From: Gnetum montanum | Taxonomy: Eukaryota; Plantae; Gnetophyta | Reading direction: 5' to 3' | Length of the DNA stretch: 64,000 nt | Assembly (NCBI GenBank): GCA_015680685.1 | Contig: MNCI01001153.1 | Location: 380,590 to 444,589, forward strand | In this document: one piece after another, positions 63,751 to 64,000 of the stretch | How positions within the stretch are numbered: the stretch's first letter is position 1 | Layout: the number at the start of each line of letters is the position of its first letter | Notes under the pieces: generated by a model | Told to the model about the DNA's origin: nothing | Database searches by the model: none | What the model saw: the letters and a program-made list of their open reading frames with translations, nothing else | Made by a program: the position numbers and the translations under genes

Positions 63751-64000
63751 TACCCCCATGACTGAATGAAAACTCATCCTTGAGTTCCTTACAATGATAT
63801 CAGGTAGGTATGGGATTATTGAGGGGGAATCGAACTAATGGAATGACATGTGAACGGTTCCTTATTACAAGACTGGACACAACTGGTGTTCATGACAAAA
63901 AGGGAGAACACCTTATTACAATGACATCAGGCCACAATTGGTAGCTGAGAGAAAAGAGAAGAGAGAATAGAAGAGAAGAAGAGAGAAGAGTCTTGCTGCT

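Overview
AT-rich, CpG-depleted land-plant nuclear DNA made almost entirely of nested, decayed LTR retrotransposons, with no intact host gene. The only host-gene relic is an LRR-XII-like non-RD receptor-kinase fragment (1952-2235). Main elements: (1) an Athila-type Ty3/gypsy family with TGATGAGT...ACTCATCA LTRs and a tRNA-Asp PBS, seen as a complete pol-less gag+ORF2 element with CTTAG TSD (8629-17131, -), a second pol-less copy with a duplicated LTR-leader (38236-45939, +), a pol-bearing relative (2300-6480, -) and a young 3' LTR (62808-63750, -); (2) a complete pol-less SIRE-type Ty1/copia element with gag, an env-like ORF and GGTAA TSD (26745-33160); (3) a Tat/Ogre-type element with a spliced antisense accessory gene upstream of RT-RH-INT and a ~3.2 kb LTR (45940-57410); (4) old Tekay-like and other chromovirus-like pieces, tRNA-derived SINE-like sequences and a 5S-rRNA-like fragment. 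The most interesting signals are (a) a covarying RNA stem-loop module in the Athila-type LTRs, amplified from one to three copies in the youngest LTR, and (b) a recurring pairing, in three unrelated LTR lineages, of a 'plant transposon protein'-like accessory ORF with lineage-specific CpG-centred motif arrays in both the LTR and the accessory-gene region. All coordinates were read by eye; functional interpretations are hypotheses.
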